NCBI GenBank assembly: GCA_963834385.1
Contig: CAWIBO010000002.1
Span: 640,001 to 704,000, forward strand
Direction: 5' to 3'
DNA from: an uncultured Verrucomicrobiae bacterium
GTDB taxonomy: Bacteria; Verrucomicrobiota; Verrucomicrobiia; Chthoniobacterales; UBA10450
Length of the DNA: 64,000 nucleotides
Part shown: positions 1-13,704 of the stretch, piece by piece
How the letters are laid out: every line of letters begins with the position of its first letter
How positions within the stretch are numbered: the first letter of the stretch is position 1
Notes under the pieces: model-generated
Seen by the model: only the letters and a program-made list of their open reading frames with translations
Database searches by the model: none
Told to the model about the DNA's origin: nothing
Position numbers and translations under genes: made by a program

Positions 1-132
1 CCCGGAATCGATCACCAGGGTATCGCGCTGGGCCCGGCCGAGATAAATGGCGGCGGAAAGGCCGGCGAGACCGCCTCCGACGACGATGACCTCGCGCTGC
101 CGCGGATCGCCCAGGTCCTTGTGCTCAACCAT
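1..132 (-). CDS. NAD(P)/FAD-dependent oxidoreductase, thioredoxin-reductase-like (5' part; runs off window)
   Basis: Manual translation from ATG at 132: [44 protein letters not shown], with a GxGxxG FAD-binding motif. Not in the ORF track. Confidence 0.85.
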   Translation of the reverse strand, partial: MVEHKDLGDPRQREVIVVGGGLAGLSAAIYLGRAQRDTLVIDSG

Positions 133-186
133 GCGAGAATACTACGGTCGTCCCCCGGTGCCGGGACGTGAGCAACTCGCCGGAGG

Positions 187-955
187 TCACTGTCCGGGTG
201 GAGGCGCGGCCCCGGGCGTGGGGGCGGCATCCCCGGCGGGGGCGGGGGGCGCTCCGCCGGGCAGCGCTGCGTCCTCGGGCACCGCCTTGAGCTCAGGTTC
301 GGTGTAAGCTTCGGCGCGGCCGGCCAGTTCCTTGCGCAGGGCGGAGATGCCTTCCGCCGCCACGGGGCCGGCGTTGTTCCCCCATTCCGCGCGAATGTAG
401 GTGAGAACGTCGGCGATCTTCTGGTCGTTCAACGTCTTTTCCCAGGGCTGCATGACCGCGCTGCCATATTGCTGCCCCTTTACCGTGAGCGGACCCTGCA
501 GACCCTTGAGCAGGATCATGCCAAGACGCTTGGTGCTGCCGGTGACCCATTCCGACTGGCTCAGCGGAGGATAGATCCCGGCCTGCCCCCCGCCGTTGGC
601 CTGGTGGCAGGTGGCGCAGTTCTGTGAGTAGATTTTTTTGCCGCGCTCCGCCGGGGTGAGTTCGACCACGGCGTCCGCACCGCCGCCACCGGTGGTGGCA
701 CGGGCCTGGCGCGGGCGCACCGCCGAGCGGGTCGAGGCCGTCGCCGGAGAAATTGCCGGCGAACCGGCCGAGATAGGCGCCACCGAGAAAGACGGCGAGG
801 CCGTAGACGGCGATGAGCCAGAGGGAGAGCGGCTCCAGGCCGACGCGCGGCTCCAGCTTTTCGCGCTGGATCGAGGCGTGGACCTCCTGAACGTCCTCGG
901 TTTCGCCGTAATCCATGCCCTGGCGGGCCTGCCTGTCTGGATGCTGCTCGTTCAT
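187..955 (-). CDS. Membrane-anchored monoheme cytochrome c (apparent frameshift near 700)
   Basis: N-terminus MNEQHPD with a TM helix (ORF 293..1057) continues in ORF 187..783 with CATCH, YPPL and MQPW (axial Met). ATG overlaps the upstream stop (ATGA 952-955). Confidence 0.85.
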
Positions 956-1884
956 TTCGTCTGTTCGCCCGGCGGGGGCGGCGAAGGCGGGGTGACCGAT
1001 TTCACTTCCTTCAACGGATGCGTCTGGTTCAGGGCCATAATGTAGGCGACGAGACATTTGGCGTCATACGTCGGGATAATTTCCCAACCCGGTTCGGGCA
1101 TTTCCTGGCGGGCGAGGAAGAGGGCATCATGGGCGGGTCCGGCGCCGATCCGTTGTTTGCGATAAAGAAAACGGAAAGCCGGCATGGTGGAATCGCGGGT
1201 GATGCTGCGCGGCGAGTAGAGATGCCGGTGATGCCAGGGCTCGGTGTAGGGAAGGGGCGTGCCCTGGACGATCGGCGTGACCTTGCCCGGCGCGGCTGGG
1301 CGGGAGTGGGCGAGGGCTGAGCCTGGGCGGCGGCGGTCTGTGCGGGCGGACCGGAGGAGGTGGCGGAAGGAGGCATGGTTTCGGGCGCGGCGGGCGGCAC
1401 CACGGGCGGCGTGCTGCCGGGCAGGGCGCCGGCCACAGCGGGGACCGTTTCGCCGGGAACAGGCGCGCCGGAAGTGGTGCTGTAGGTGGCGGCCGGATCG
1501 GCTCCTTCCTCGTCCTGCGGAGGGGCGCGATGGCCGACGTTGGCGAGGTCGGGCCCGGTCCGAAGTTTACCGAGGAGAGCGGGCCGCTCGAAGATGTAAT
1601 CGCGGGGAGCGCTCCGACGCGTGCCCCATTTGCGGGCTGATATCCGAACCGGCGTAGTCGGCCCGAACCTGCTGGGTATGGCAGTAGACGCAGCCGTTGG
1701 CCACGTAGATTTCGCGGCCGCGCTCCGCCATGCCGGAGAGCGGCATGGGATAAGTGTCGGTGCCATCCTCCTCCATTTGCGGCTCGAGCTGCCCGATCTG
1801 GAGCGTCGGGACGAGAGCGAGGCCGAGCCAGGAAAAGGCAAAGGTGCCGAGGATGCCGAGGAAAAGTCCGGTCCAGCCCTTCAT
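952..1884 (-). CDS. ccoO: cbb3-type oxidase subunit II (CcoO/FixO)-like cytochrome c with a Pro/Ala-rich insertion (two apparent frameshifts)
   Basis: MKGWTGLF TM anchor; GREIYVANGCVYCHTQQVR; LLGKLRTGPDLANVG; WHHRHLYSPRS..STMPAFRFLY. Spread over three frames (breaks near 1638 and 1295). Confidence 0.8.
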
Positions 1885-3372
1885 AGTTTTGCCTCCGCGA
1901 GTTCTTCCTCCACCGGGTTCAGGAAAGTCGGGACGCTGGCCGGTGCGGCCGAGGCCGAAGAGCATCAGGCCGAAATGATAGGCGAAGACGAAGTGGGAGA
2001 CCGCGAGGAGAAGCCCGGCCAGGCTGCGGCCGCGCAGGTAAGGCAGGACCGACTGGGTGCTTTCGATGAAGGAAAGCCCCGGATTATTGAGGGCGATGCC
2101 CTGCATGAGGCCACCCACGAGCAGCATGGTCACCATGAGACCGATGCCGTAGGCGGACGACCAGAAATGGAGCTTGATCATGGCGGCATAACGCCATTCC
2201 CGGCCGACCAGGCGCGGGACGATGTAATACATCGAGCCGAACATGATCATGGTGAAGAAGGCATACAGACCCATGTGCGAGTAGGCGACGCTGGCCTGCG
2301 TGAAATGGACATAGGCGGCGGCGGAACGAAGCGAGATCAGGATGCCGACCACGCTGAAAGCGGTGTAGGCGATCGCGCCAAAGACGGTAAAGCGCAGCGT
2401 GGGACTGTAGCGCATGAGCGGAAAATGGCCGCGCATGGTCATGTGATGATTCAGGCCGACGGTGGCCACGGGGATAATGGAGAGGATCATGGCCGCGATG
2501 CTGGCGGTGACCATCCAGGCCGGGAACGGCCCGTCGACCAGCCGCTGCATGCCGGTCCAGCTGGCAAAGAGGGCGTAAGTCCAGAAACCGATGGCGGCCA
2601 AATGATAGCTGTAGATGGGACGCCCGATCACCTTGGGGATCATGTAATAGGCGGTGCCCAGACCGATGGCGCCAAACCAGAGGAACATGAGGTTGTTGCC
2701 ATACCACCAGTTCACGGCCGCCTGCATGACGCCCTGGACTGGGGTGACGAAGAGCATGACCTGAGCGGCGCCGTAAAGCCACGGGAACCAGAGGAAGGCA
2801 GCCAGCAGGTACCATTGCGTCACATAAATGTGGCTGGAGCGGCGGAAGCGGAACATCAGGACCGCCCAGGTCACGATCATGGTGTAGGCGACAAAAAGGA
2901 TGATGGCGGAATAACCGGGGAACTCGAGCCATTGATAGCCGGTGCTCGCGCCGGCGAGGATGGCGATCACCCCGATGACGACGCCGAGATTCCAGAAGGC
3001 ACCGCCGGCGACCAGGAGAAGCGGATGGCGCAGGGTGGTACGGCAAAGGCGGGCCATGAGCCAGATGGCGGTGCCCATGCCGGCCATGGAGGCCCAGCCG
3101 TACATCATGGCGTTGGTGTGGGCGGGCCGGAGACGGCCCCAGGTGAGCGGACCGAACTGGGCCAGCAGATCCGGCATGGTCGATTTCACAGCCACGAGGA
3201 GCGCCAGCAAAGTCCCGAGAAGCAGCCAGATCACGGCCGAGCTGTAGAACATCAGGACCGGCAGGCGGGTGGAGGCGTCGATCAAGGCGCGTTCCACCGC
3301 CTCGACATCGCGGCTGCTCACCTTCTCGCTGATCGAGAGATCCTGATCGTTGCTGGGTTCCGTCGGCATCAT
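1881..3372 (-). CDS. cbb3-type heme-copper oxidase subunit I (CcoN)-like protein with a degenerate binuclear centre
   Basis: About 12 TM helices; TWGRLRPAHTN, STGYQWLEFP, YVTQWY, YYMIPKVIGRPIYSY, YYIVPRL. Removing one base near 1940 gives the end RTASVPTFLNPVEEELAEAKL* at 1881, overlapping the ccoO ATG. Confidence 0.85.
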
Positions 3373-3377
3373 GTTGG

Positions 3378-4148
3378 TTACGGCGTGGCTCCTTGCACAG
3401 GAATGGGTGTTCCGGCGGTGGTGGCCGTCGGCTTGGGCAGCGGGACCTGACCCGGGTTCGGTTCCGCGGTGCCGCGCAGCGGAGTCGCGGCGGGAGTGGC
3501 GTTCGGCCCAGGCTGTGTTCCCGGGGGCGCGGAAGGCGGGTTGGCGGCGCCGGCCGGCTGGGCCCGGCCCATCGAGTCGGGTCCTTTTTGCGAGTCAGGC
3601 GCCGGCGTCGGGCTGGCGGCCCCCGCGGGTGCGACCGGTGTTGCGGGAGATTGGCCTGCGGCCGGTGCGGCCGGGGACGGGGTGGCTCCCGCACCGGGGG
3701 CGGGTGAAGTGCCGGCCGCTGGAGCGGTCGTGGCAGCCGGCGCGGCTCCCGCGGCGGACGCCGGGACGGCGGTGGCATCGGCGGACGGGGAAACGGCGGG
3801 TGCCGGAGCGGGCGCCGGCAGGGCAATGGGACCGGCCGCCTTGGGCGACTGGCCCGCCAGCTCGGCGGCAGAGAGTTCCATGGCCCGCTCGATCGGGATG
3901 CGGACGACGCCCTTTTCCTGATCGACCCAGGCATATTCGGCCAGAGTGGGATCGATCTCAGCGTGCAATTGTTTCAGTTTCTCGAGCCGCGCCTCGGCCC
4001 GCTTCCCTTCGTAGCGATCGCCGCGCGGAATGGCGGCGAGCAGGACAAGGACAAAGAGACCGAAGATGCTGAAGAGCAGCACCATCCCGAGCCAGGTCTT
4101 GAAGAACGGCTGGGGCTGGTTAAGCGGCGTGGTTTTTTCCAGGTCCAT
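3378..4148 (-). CDS. ActG-like single-TM ACIII accessory subunit with a long Pro/Ala-rich tail
   Basis: One N-terminal TM helix, YAWVDQEKGVVRIPIERAM motif, located directly after actF. Confidence 0.6.
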   Translation of the reverse strand: MDLEKTTPLNQPQPFFKTWLGMVLLFSIFGLFVLVLLAAIPRGDRYEGKRAEARLEKLKQLHAEIDPTLAEYAWVDQEKGVVRIPIERAMELSAAELAGQSPKAAGPIALPAPAPAPAVSPSADATAVPASAAGAAPAATTAPAAGTSPAPGAGATPSPAAPAAGQSPATPVAPAGAASPTPAPDSQKGPDSMGRAQPAGAANPPSAPPGTQPGPNATPAATPLRGTAEPNPGQVPLPKPTATTAGTPIPVQGATP

Positions 4149-4154
4149 GGTCCG

Positions 4155-5358
4155 CTAGTTCTGCATGTTGAGCGACTCGATCAGGCGCGGATCGCGCACG
4201 GGAAAGAGCGAGGTGCGCGGGAGGATGCGCAGGAAAAAGAAGGCCAGCGTGCCGCCAATGCCGAGGATGGGCAGGAGATCGAGAATGCTGGGATGAAAAC
4301 CGGTCCGGTGCAGCTCGGGCAGGATGATGATGTAGATGTCGAGCAGCTGCATGAAAAGGATCCAGCCGGCCATGACCGAGAGCCGGGTGGGCTGCTTTTT
4401 GATCGAGCGCAGGAGGAGGATGCCGAAGGGAACAAAGAACCGCCCGATGACGAGCAGGGTGCTGAGGATCCACCAACTCTCGATGTTGCGCAGGATGAAG
4501 TACTCCGTCTCCTCCGGGATGTTGGCGTACCAGATGAGCATGTACTGGCTGAAGCCGATGTAGGCCCAGAAAACGGAGAAGGCGAGCATCCACTTCCCCA
4601 TGGTGTGGTAATGCTCGAGGTTCACGATCCCCTCGAGGTAACCGGCCTTGCGCAGCGCCGTGATGATGAGCACGAGGAGGGACATCGAGCTGCCGGCGGC
4701 GCCGGCGAAGATGTAGACGCCCCACATGGTGGAGAACCATTTGTAGTTCAGGCCGCTCAGCCAATCGATCGCGGCAAAGCTGAGCGACAGCCCGAAGAGC
4801 GGGAGCGAAATAAAGGCCAGCCTCCGCATGGTGAGAGTGAAGGCGGGGTTGCCGTCCCGGTCCTGCCGGACGGAGTAACGGCGGAAAAGCCAGCCCGCGA
4901 GGCAGAAGAAGGCGAAATAGAAGATGGCGCGCGCCGAGGAAGAATCCCCAGTTCAGATAAAGCCGTTTGCTGTCGAGGAGGGTGTCGGCCCCGGGCGGGA
5001 TGGTCATCCAGCCCCAGATTTGCTCGCGAAAGATGAGGAGCGGAACGAAGAAGAGGGCGAGAAGCGGGAAGAGGGAGACGATGTTCTCGAGCTGGCGCCG
5101 CACGACCACCGACCAGTTCGCGTCGACCGCGTGGTGGACCACGATCCAGAAAAAGCAGCCGCAGAGGATGGTAAAGAAATAGGTGAACCCGAAGAGCCAG
5201 GAATAGCCAAACTGGACCGGGGCCAGGACCGCGCCGATGAGGCTGCCGACCACGCCGACCACGGCGAGCGCGCCCATGAGAGCTTTCAAGCCGGAGAAGC
5301 GGCCCGCCTCGAAATGTTCGCCCTCGGGCCTGGGCAAGGCGTGTGTTCGTTCGCTCAT
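4155..5358 (-). CDS. actF: Alternative Complex III membrane subunit ActF (frameshift near 4930)
   Basis: MSERTH start; ANWSVVVRRQLE, KRLYLN, AAIDWLSGL..KWFSTMWG, FSQYMLIWYANIPEET motifs. Confidence 0.85.
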
Positions 5359-6043
5359 TTCTTTTCCAGCTCCGCGCGTTTCTCCTCCGGCACATCGCCA
5401 AGAGTCGCATTCTGGCTGCGCTGCAGCGCCCGCAGATAGGCGATGATGGCCCAGCGGTCGTGCACCAGGACATTTCCGCCGTAGGCCAGCATGGTGCCCT
5501 TCCCGTGGGTGATGGTGTTGAAAATCTCCCCGTCGGACATGTTGCGGATGCGCTGGTCCTGCAAGGTGACAATGGTGGCGAGGCCGTATTGCTTGGCGAT
5601 GCCATTGCCGGCGCCATTGGCTCCGTGGCAGACCGCGCAGTTGATCATGAAACGTTCGCGGCCGCGCTCCATCAGTTCCGGCGTCACCGCCACCGGGAGG
5701 CCCGTGCCCCAGTTCTCGCCCATCTTCCCGGTGTCGTAATAATCCGGGTTGCTGCTGAAATGCAGGGCCGGCAACGGCTGCCAGGGCCGCCTGGTCCTCG
5801 CCAGGCGAAGACTGCGGACGCGGCATGTCGTATCCGATCGGGACGGTGCCCGGGACCGGCGGCCCGGCTGCCGCGACCGTCGGGGAAAAAGGAGAGGGGC
5901 GCCTGCGGCCGCACTTTCGGCTGCCGGTCCATGTCCGGGAAAATCTCGATGGGCGGCTCGGTGCTCTTTTGCCCGCGAAAGCCGAGGGCGGCGACAAGAG
6001 CGACGCCGATCAGGAGAAGGATGAGGAAAAAGCCGCGGAGCAT
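5355..6043 (-). CDS. actE: ACIII monoheme cytochrome c subunit ActE (two frameshifts)
   Basis: IFPDMDRQPKVRPQ, PPVPGTVP, RGRERFMINCAVCHG, GEIFNTITHGKGTM, DRWAIIAYLRALQ. Confidence 0.85.
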
Positions 6044-6044
6044 A

Positions 6045-6599
6045 TCAGTCTTCGTGAATCAGGGTGACGTGTTGCCCGCCGGTCTGCTCGAGGAGCCGCC
6101 GGGTCTCGGCCTCGGTGAAGCGGGGGTCGCGCGCCTCGATGACGAGGAAAAAGCCGTCGTTGGTGGCGCGCTCAAAGCGTTTCCAGTTAAAGACTGGATG
6201 GTACCACCGGGGCAAACCGTTCATGATGAGCATGGCGAAAAAGGCGGAGAAAGCCGCCAGGAGCACGGTGAGCTCGAACATGATCGGGAAAAAAGCCGGC
6301 ACGGTGAAGAAGTCACGCGGTTTGCCGTGCACGATGAGCGGATAGATGAACGAGGAAGGTCCAAAGGTCAGCGTGGCCGCGGTGAGAAACCCGGTGACAC
6401 CGCCGGCCAGCACCGCGGCGCTGAGCCACGATTTTCCGAGGCCCATGGCGTCGTCCATGCCGTGGATGGGAAAGGGCGAGTGCACGTCCCAGCGCTTGAA
6501 CCCGGCGTCGCGCACCTGCTTGGCCGCCTCGTAGAGGGCGCTTGGGCTCGCGTATTCCGCGCCCATCCCATAAACCTTGTTGCCGCGCGGCGTCCTCAT
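6045..6599 (-). CDS. actD: ACIII subunit ActD (DUF3341)
   Basis: [30 protein letters not shown]; two TM helices; operon position. Confidence 0.9.
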   Translation of the reverse strand: MRTPRGNKVYGMGAEYASPSALYEAAKQVRDAGFKRWDVHSPFPIHGMDDAMGLGKSWLSAAVLAGGVTGFLTAATLTFGPSSFIYPLIVHGKPRDFFTVPAFFPIMFELTVLLAAFSAFFAMLIMNGLPRWYHPVFNWKRFERATNDGFFLVIEARDPRFTEAETRRLLEQTGGQHVTLIHED

Positions 6600-8068
6600 G
6601 AGGTGCGCTCCTTTCCGCCGGCCTGGACCACATGATGCTGGAGCGGGGAGACGTGGTGGGGATCAGCCTCCGGCAGGACAATTTTCACCTCCGACATCGC
6701 GATCATCGGGAGGTAGCGAATGAAAAGGAGGAAGAGCGAAAGGAAGATGCCGAAGGTGCCGGCAAACGTCCAGATATCGACCCAGGTGGGATAAAACATG
6801 GCCCAGGAGCTGGGAAGAAAGTCGCGGTGCAGGCCGCCCACGATGATGATGAAACGCTCGAACCACATGCCGGCGTTCACGCACATGCAGACGAAGTAGA
6901 CCACGTAGATGTTGGCCCGGAATTTCTTGAACCAGAAAAGCTGGGGCGCGAGGGCGTTGCAGAAAAGCATGCCGACCCACCAGTACCACCAGTAGGGCCC
7001 GAGGATGCGGTTCACGAAAGCGTAACGCTCATATTGGTTGCCGCTGTACCAGGCGACAAAGAACTCCATGGCGTAGGCGTAGCTGACGATCGAGCCGGTG
7101 AGCAGGATGATCTTCGCCATCTTGTCGATGTGCTGGATGGTGATGACGTCGTGCAGCTTGTAGATCGCGCGGGCCGGGATCATCAGCGTGAGCACCATGG
7201 CGAAGCCGCCGAAAATGGCGCCGGCGACGAAATAGGGCGGGAAGATGGTGGTGTGCCAGGTGGGCAGGACCGAGGTGGCGAAGTCGAAGGAAACGACGCT
7301 GTGCACGGAGAGCACGAGCGGCGTGGAAAGACCGGCCAGGAGCAGGTAGGCCATCTCGTAATGCCGCCAGTTGCGGTTGGACCCGCGCCAGCCGAGCGCG
7401 AAGACGCCATAGAGCATCTTCTTGATCTTCGAGGTCGCCCGGTCGCGCAGGGTGCCGAGGTCGGGGATCAGGCCGGTGTACCAGAAGAGGACCGAGACGG
7501 TGAAATAGGTCGAGACGGCGAAAACGTCCCAGAGAAGCGGGCTGCGGAAGTTCGGCCAGATGGCGTTGGCGTTCGGCACCGGGGCAAGGAACCAGGCCAT
7601 CCAGACACGGCCGACGTGGACGCCGGGGAAAATGGCGGCGCAAATGACGGCGAAGAGCGTCATGGCCTCGGCGGCGCGGTTGATGGAGGTGCGCCATTTC
7701 TGGCGGAGGAGGAAGAGAATGGCGGAGATCAGGGTGCCGGCGTGACCGATACCGATCCAGAAAACGAAGTTGGTGATGTCCCAGGCCCAGCCGACGGGAT
7801 GGTTCAGGCCCCAGGTGCCGACCCCGGTGGAGATCTGGTAGCCGAGACAGAAGAGGCCGATGGCGGCGAGGAGCGAGGTGCAGGCAAAGGCGACCCACCA
7901 CCAGCGGGGCGCGGCTTCCTCCACCACCCCGGAAATGCGCTGGGTAATCCAGTTGAAGTTCCGGTTGTTCAGGACCAGCGGCACGTGGGCGAGCGGCTGC
8001 TCGACGGACGATGAGGCCTCCGCCCTGATCACTTCCGGCGCTGTGATTCCTTCGTTCGCGTTTGCCAT
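6596..8068 (-). CDS. actC: ACIII quinol-binding subunit ActC (NrfD family)
   Basis: [72 protein letters not shown]. Confidence 0.95.
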   Translation of the reverse strand: MANANEGITAPEVIRAEASSSVEQPLAHVPLVLNNRNFNWITQRISGVVEEAAPRWWWVAFACTSLLAAIGLFCLGYQISTGVGTWGLNHPVGWAWDITNFVFWIGIGHAGTLISAILFLLRQKWRTSINRAAEAMTLFAVICAAIFPGVHVGRVWMAWFLAPVPNANAIWPNFRSPLLWDVFAVSTYFTVSVLFWYTGLIPDLGTLRDRATSKIKKMLYGVFALGWRGSNRNWRHYEMAYLLLAGLSTPLVLSVHSVVSFDFATSVLPTWHTTIFPPYFVAGAIFGGFAMVLTLMIPARAIYKLHDVITIQHIDKMAKIILLTGSIVSYAYAMEFFVAWYSGNQYERYAFVNRILGPYWWYWWVGMLFCNALAPQLFWFKKFRANIYVVYFVCMCVNAGMWFERFIIIVGGLHRDFLPSSWAMFYPTWVDIWTFAGTFGIFLSLFLLFIRYLPMIAMSEVKIVLPEADPHHVSPLQHHVVQAGGKERTS

Positions 8069-8073
8069 GGCCG

Positions 8074-11535
<3,462 letters not shown>

Positions 11536-11540
11536 GTCGT

Positions 11541-12266
11541 TTAGCGGTGGCAGCCCTGGCAGTTCAGGGGCGGCTGCACGTTCCACTTCTCCTTTAAGAC
11601 CTGGCCAATCTCCCGCTGGGTCAGTTTTTCCTTCTTCGACCAATCCTCGGTCACGCCGCTGGGCTGACCGTACTCGGCCACGAACTCGGCCGGTTTCACG
11701 TCCGACGGTTTCCAATCGAGATTATAAACCTGGTCCATCGGACGGAGATGGTCCTCCGGTTTGCGGTGACACTCGAGACACCAGCCCATGCTGTGCGGCT
11801 TGTCGTGCCGGACCACTTCCATGTGGTTGACCTGCCCGTGACAGCTGGCGCAGCTGATCCCGCGGTTCACATGCGCGGCGTGGTTGTAATAGACGTAATC
11901 AGGCGAACGATGGATCCAGACCCAGGAGATCGGCTCGCCCGTCTTCCAGCTTTCACGCAGCGGCTCCAGCTTCGGATTCTCCTTCTGCACCTGAGTATGG
12001 CAGGCCATGCAGGTCTGGGTCGTGGGCAGGTTCGAATGCGCGGCCACGTCGACAAAACTATGGCAGTAGCGGCAGTCCATCCCCAGCTGGGTCACATGCA
12101 GGTCATGCGGGAACGGCACCGGCTGGATCGGCTCGTAACCGACCCGGGTATATTTCGGGGTCACGTAATACCACGTCGCCCCGGTCAGGGCGGTCACGAG
12201 CACGACCGCGCAGACGAGCAGCTTGAGCGGCAGCCAATTCGTCCAGCGCGGAAAAAAGTTCGCCAT
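11541..12266 (-). CDS. actA: ACIII pentaheme cytochrome c subunit ActA
   Basis: N-terminal TM helix, PIQPVPFPH, five CxxCH motifs (CRYCH, CMACH, CASCH, CLECH, CQGCH). Confidence 0.95.
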   Translation of the reverse strand: MANFFPRWTNWLPLKLLVCAVVLVTALTGATWYYVTPKYTRVGYEPIQPVPFPHDLHVTQLGMDCRYCHSFVDVAAHSNLPTTQTCMACHTQVQKENPKLEPLRESWKTGEPISWVWIHRSPDYVYYNHAAHVNRGISCASCHGQVNHMEVVRHDKPHSMGWCLECHRKPEDHLRPMDQVYNLDWKPSDVKPAEFVAEYGQPSGVTEDWSKKEKLTQREIGQVLKEKWNVQPPLNCQGCHR

Positions 12267-12378
12267 AAACGGGTCAGCGACCGCGGGTTTCCAAAACCGG
12301 CGAGCACCAACCTATAAACGTAGTCGAGATGGCGAAAGGACGTGAGGTGTTCAGAACAAAAACCGGTTAAAGCGTTGT

Positions 12379-12489
12379 TTTTCTCAGGGAAAGCAACGCG
12401 TTGACTCTATGAATGGGAATCACCTTGGCAAAAGAAAAAAGATTTTTGCGCAAAATCGCCGGTCGTTCGTACGGTTTTCCCTGAGAAAA
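12379..12489. repeat. Perfect 14-bp inverted repeat flanking the predicted act promoter
   Basis: TTTTCTCAGGGAAA at 12379-12392 and its reverse complement TTTCCCTGAGAAAA at 12476-12489. Confidence 0.8.
12404..12431 (-). promoter_or_regulatory. Putative sigma70 promoter of the act operon
   Basis: Minus strand TTGCCA-16 nt-TAGAGT with an A/T-rich tract upstream. Confidence 0.5.
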
Positions 12490-12587
12490 TTGCGGCGGGC
12501 CGGGACGAGAGCCCGTTTTTGCGCGCCTGCGGTCCTGCTGGAATTCCGCGTCGTTTTTTCGGTTGCGGCCAGTGTTAGAGTGCCGGC

Positions 12588-13670
12588 ATGAGCGAACTGA
12601 CGTTGGTTCCCCCGGCCGAGATGGAGCGCGCCTGGCGCACGCGCGATGCGAGTTACGACGGCGTCTTCTTCACCGCGGTCAAAACCACCGGCATCTTCTG
12701 CAAGCCTTCGTGTCCTTCGCGTCCGAAACGCGAGCACATCGAATTTTTTCCCGTGCTGGGCGAAGCGATTCGCGCCGGTTATCGCCCGTGCAAACGTTGT
12801 CAGCCGGAACTGGCCGGGGGCCGTCCGCCCGCCTGGATTGCCCAGCTCATGGAGCGGGTGAACGCCGCCCCCGAACGCCCCTTGAAGGCGAGCGACCTGC
12901 GCGCGATGAATCTGACCCCGGAACGGGTGCGCCGGTGGTTCCAGCAGCATTATGGCATGACTTTCGCGGGCTGGTGCCGCGGCCTGCGTCTCTCCTCGGC
13001 CTTCACCCAGCTGCGCAACGGTTCGCCGCTCGAGGATGTGATCCTGGGGACCGGTTTCCAGTCGCACAGCGGGTTCGGCGATGCCTTCGCCCGCACCTTT
13101 GGCAAGGCCCCGCGCGCCGCCAGCAAAGGAACCTGCCTTCGCGCGGCCATGATCGAGACGCCGCTCGGGCCGATGGTGGCGGCGGCGGATGAGGAGTCCG
13201 TCTGCCTGCTGGAATTTGCCGACCGCCGGGGGCTCGAGCGGAGCTACGGGGAGATGCGGCGGCTTTACGGCGTGGAAGTGATTCCCGGCGACAACGAGAT
13301 CCTGCGCACCCTCCGCGCGGAGCTCTCCGCCTATTTCAAAGGGCGCCTGAAGAAATTCAGTGTCCCGGTTTCGCTGCGCGGCACGCCCTTCCAGGAAGAG
13401 GTCTGGCGCGAATTGCGCCGGATCCCAAGCGGCGAGACCGCCAGCTACGAGGCGATCGCGGAACGGCTCGGGAATCGGCAGGCGGTGCGCGCGGTCGCGC
13501 GGGCCAACGGCACCAACCGCATCTGCATTCTCATCCCGTGCCATCGCGTCATCGCGAAGGACGGCACCCTTAGCGGGTATGGCGGCGGCGTCTGGCGCAA
13601 ACGGCTCCTGCTCGAACTGGAACAGGGCCGGGCCCACCCTCCGGCCGGGACGCGGGCACGAAAGAATTGA
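12588..13670 (+). CDS. ada: Bifunctional transcriptional activator / O6-methylguanine-DNA methyltransferase Ada
   Basis: Zn-binding TTGIFCKPSC..YRPCKRC, AraC-type HTH, C-terminal IPCHRV active site. Confidence 0.95.
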   Translation: MSELTLVPPAEMERAWRTRDASYDGVFFTAVKTTGIFCKPSCPSRPKREHIEFFPVLGEAIRAGYRPCKRCQPELAGGRPPAWIAQLMERVNAAPERPLKASDLRAMNLTPERVRRWFQQHYGMTFAGWCRGLRLSSAFTQLRNGSPLEDVILGTGFQSHSGFGDAFARTFGKAPRAASKGTCLRAAMIETPLGPMVAAADEESVCLLEFADRRGLERSYGEMRRLYGVEVIPGDNEILRTLRAELSAYFKGRLKKFSVPVSLRGTPFQEEVWRELRRIPSGETASYEAIAERLGNRQAVRAVARANGTNRICILIPCHRVIAKDGTLSGYGGGVWRKRLLLELEQGRAHPPAGTRARKN

Positions 13671-13704
13671 CGGCCGCCTCCCGGCCTGCGCAATAAGCAG
13701 GCCA

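Noticed and set aside
1567..3372. Apparent CcoN-CcoO fusion ORF (601 aa)
   Set aside because: Removing one base near 1940 restores a CcoN stop overlapping the ccoO ATG (ATGA 1881-1884), so this is most likely an indel artefact.
4120..5997. 625-aa ORF appearing to fuse ActE and ActF
   Set aside because: It is a chimera of frames caused by indels; actE and actF have their own ATGA junction at 5355-5358.
12401..12413. TTGACTCTATGAA as an FNR box for the act operon
   Set aside because: The spacer is one base short and both half-sites mismatch; it overlaps the predicted -10 element instead.
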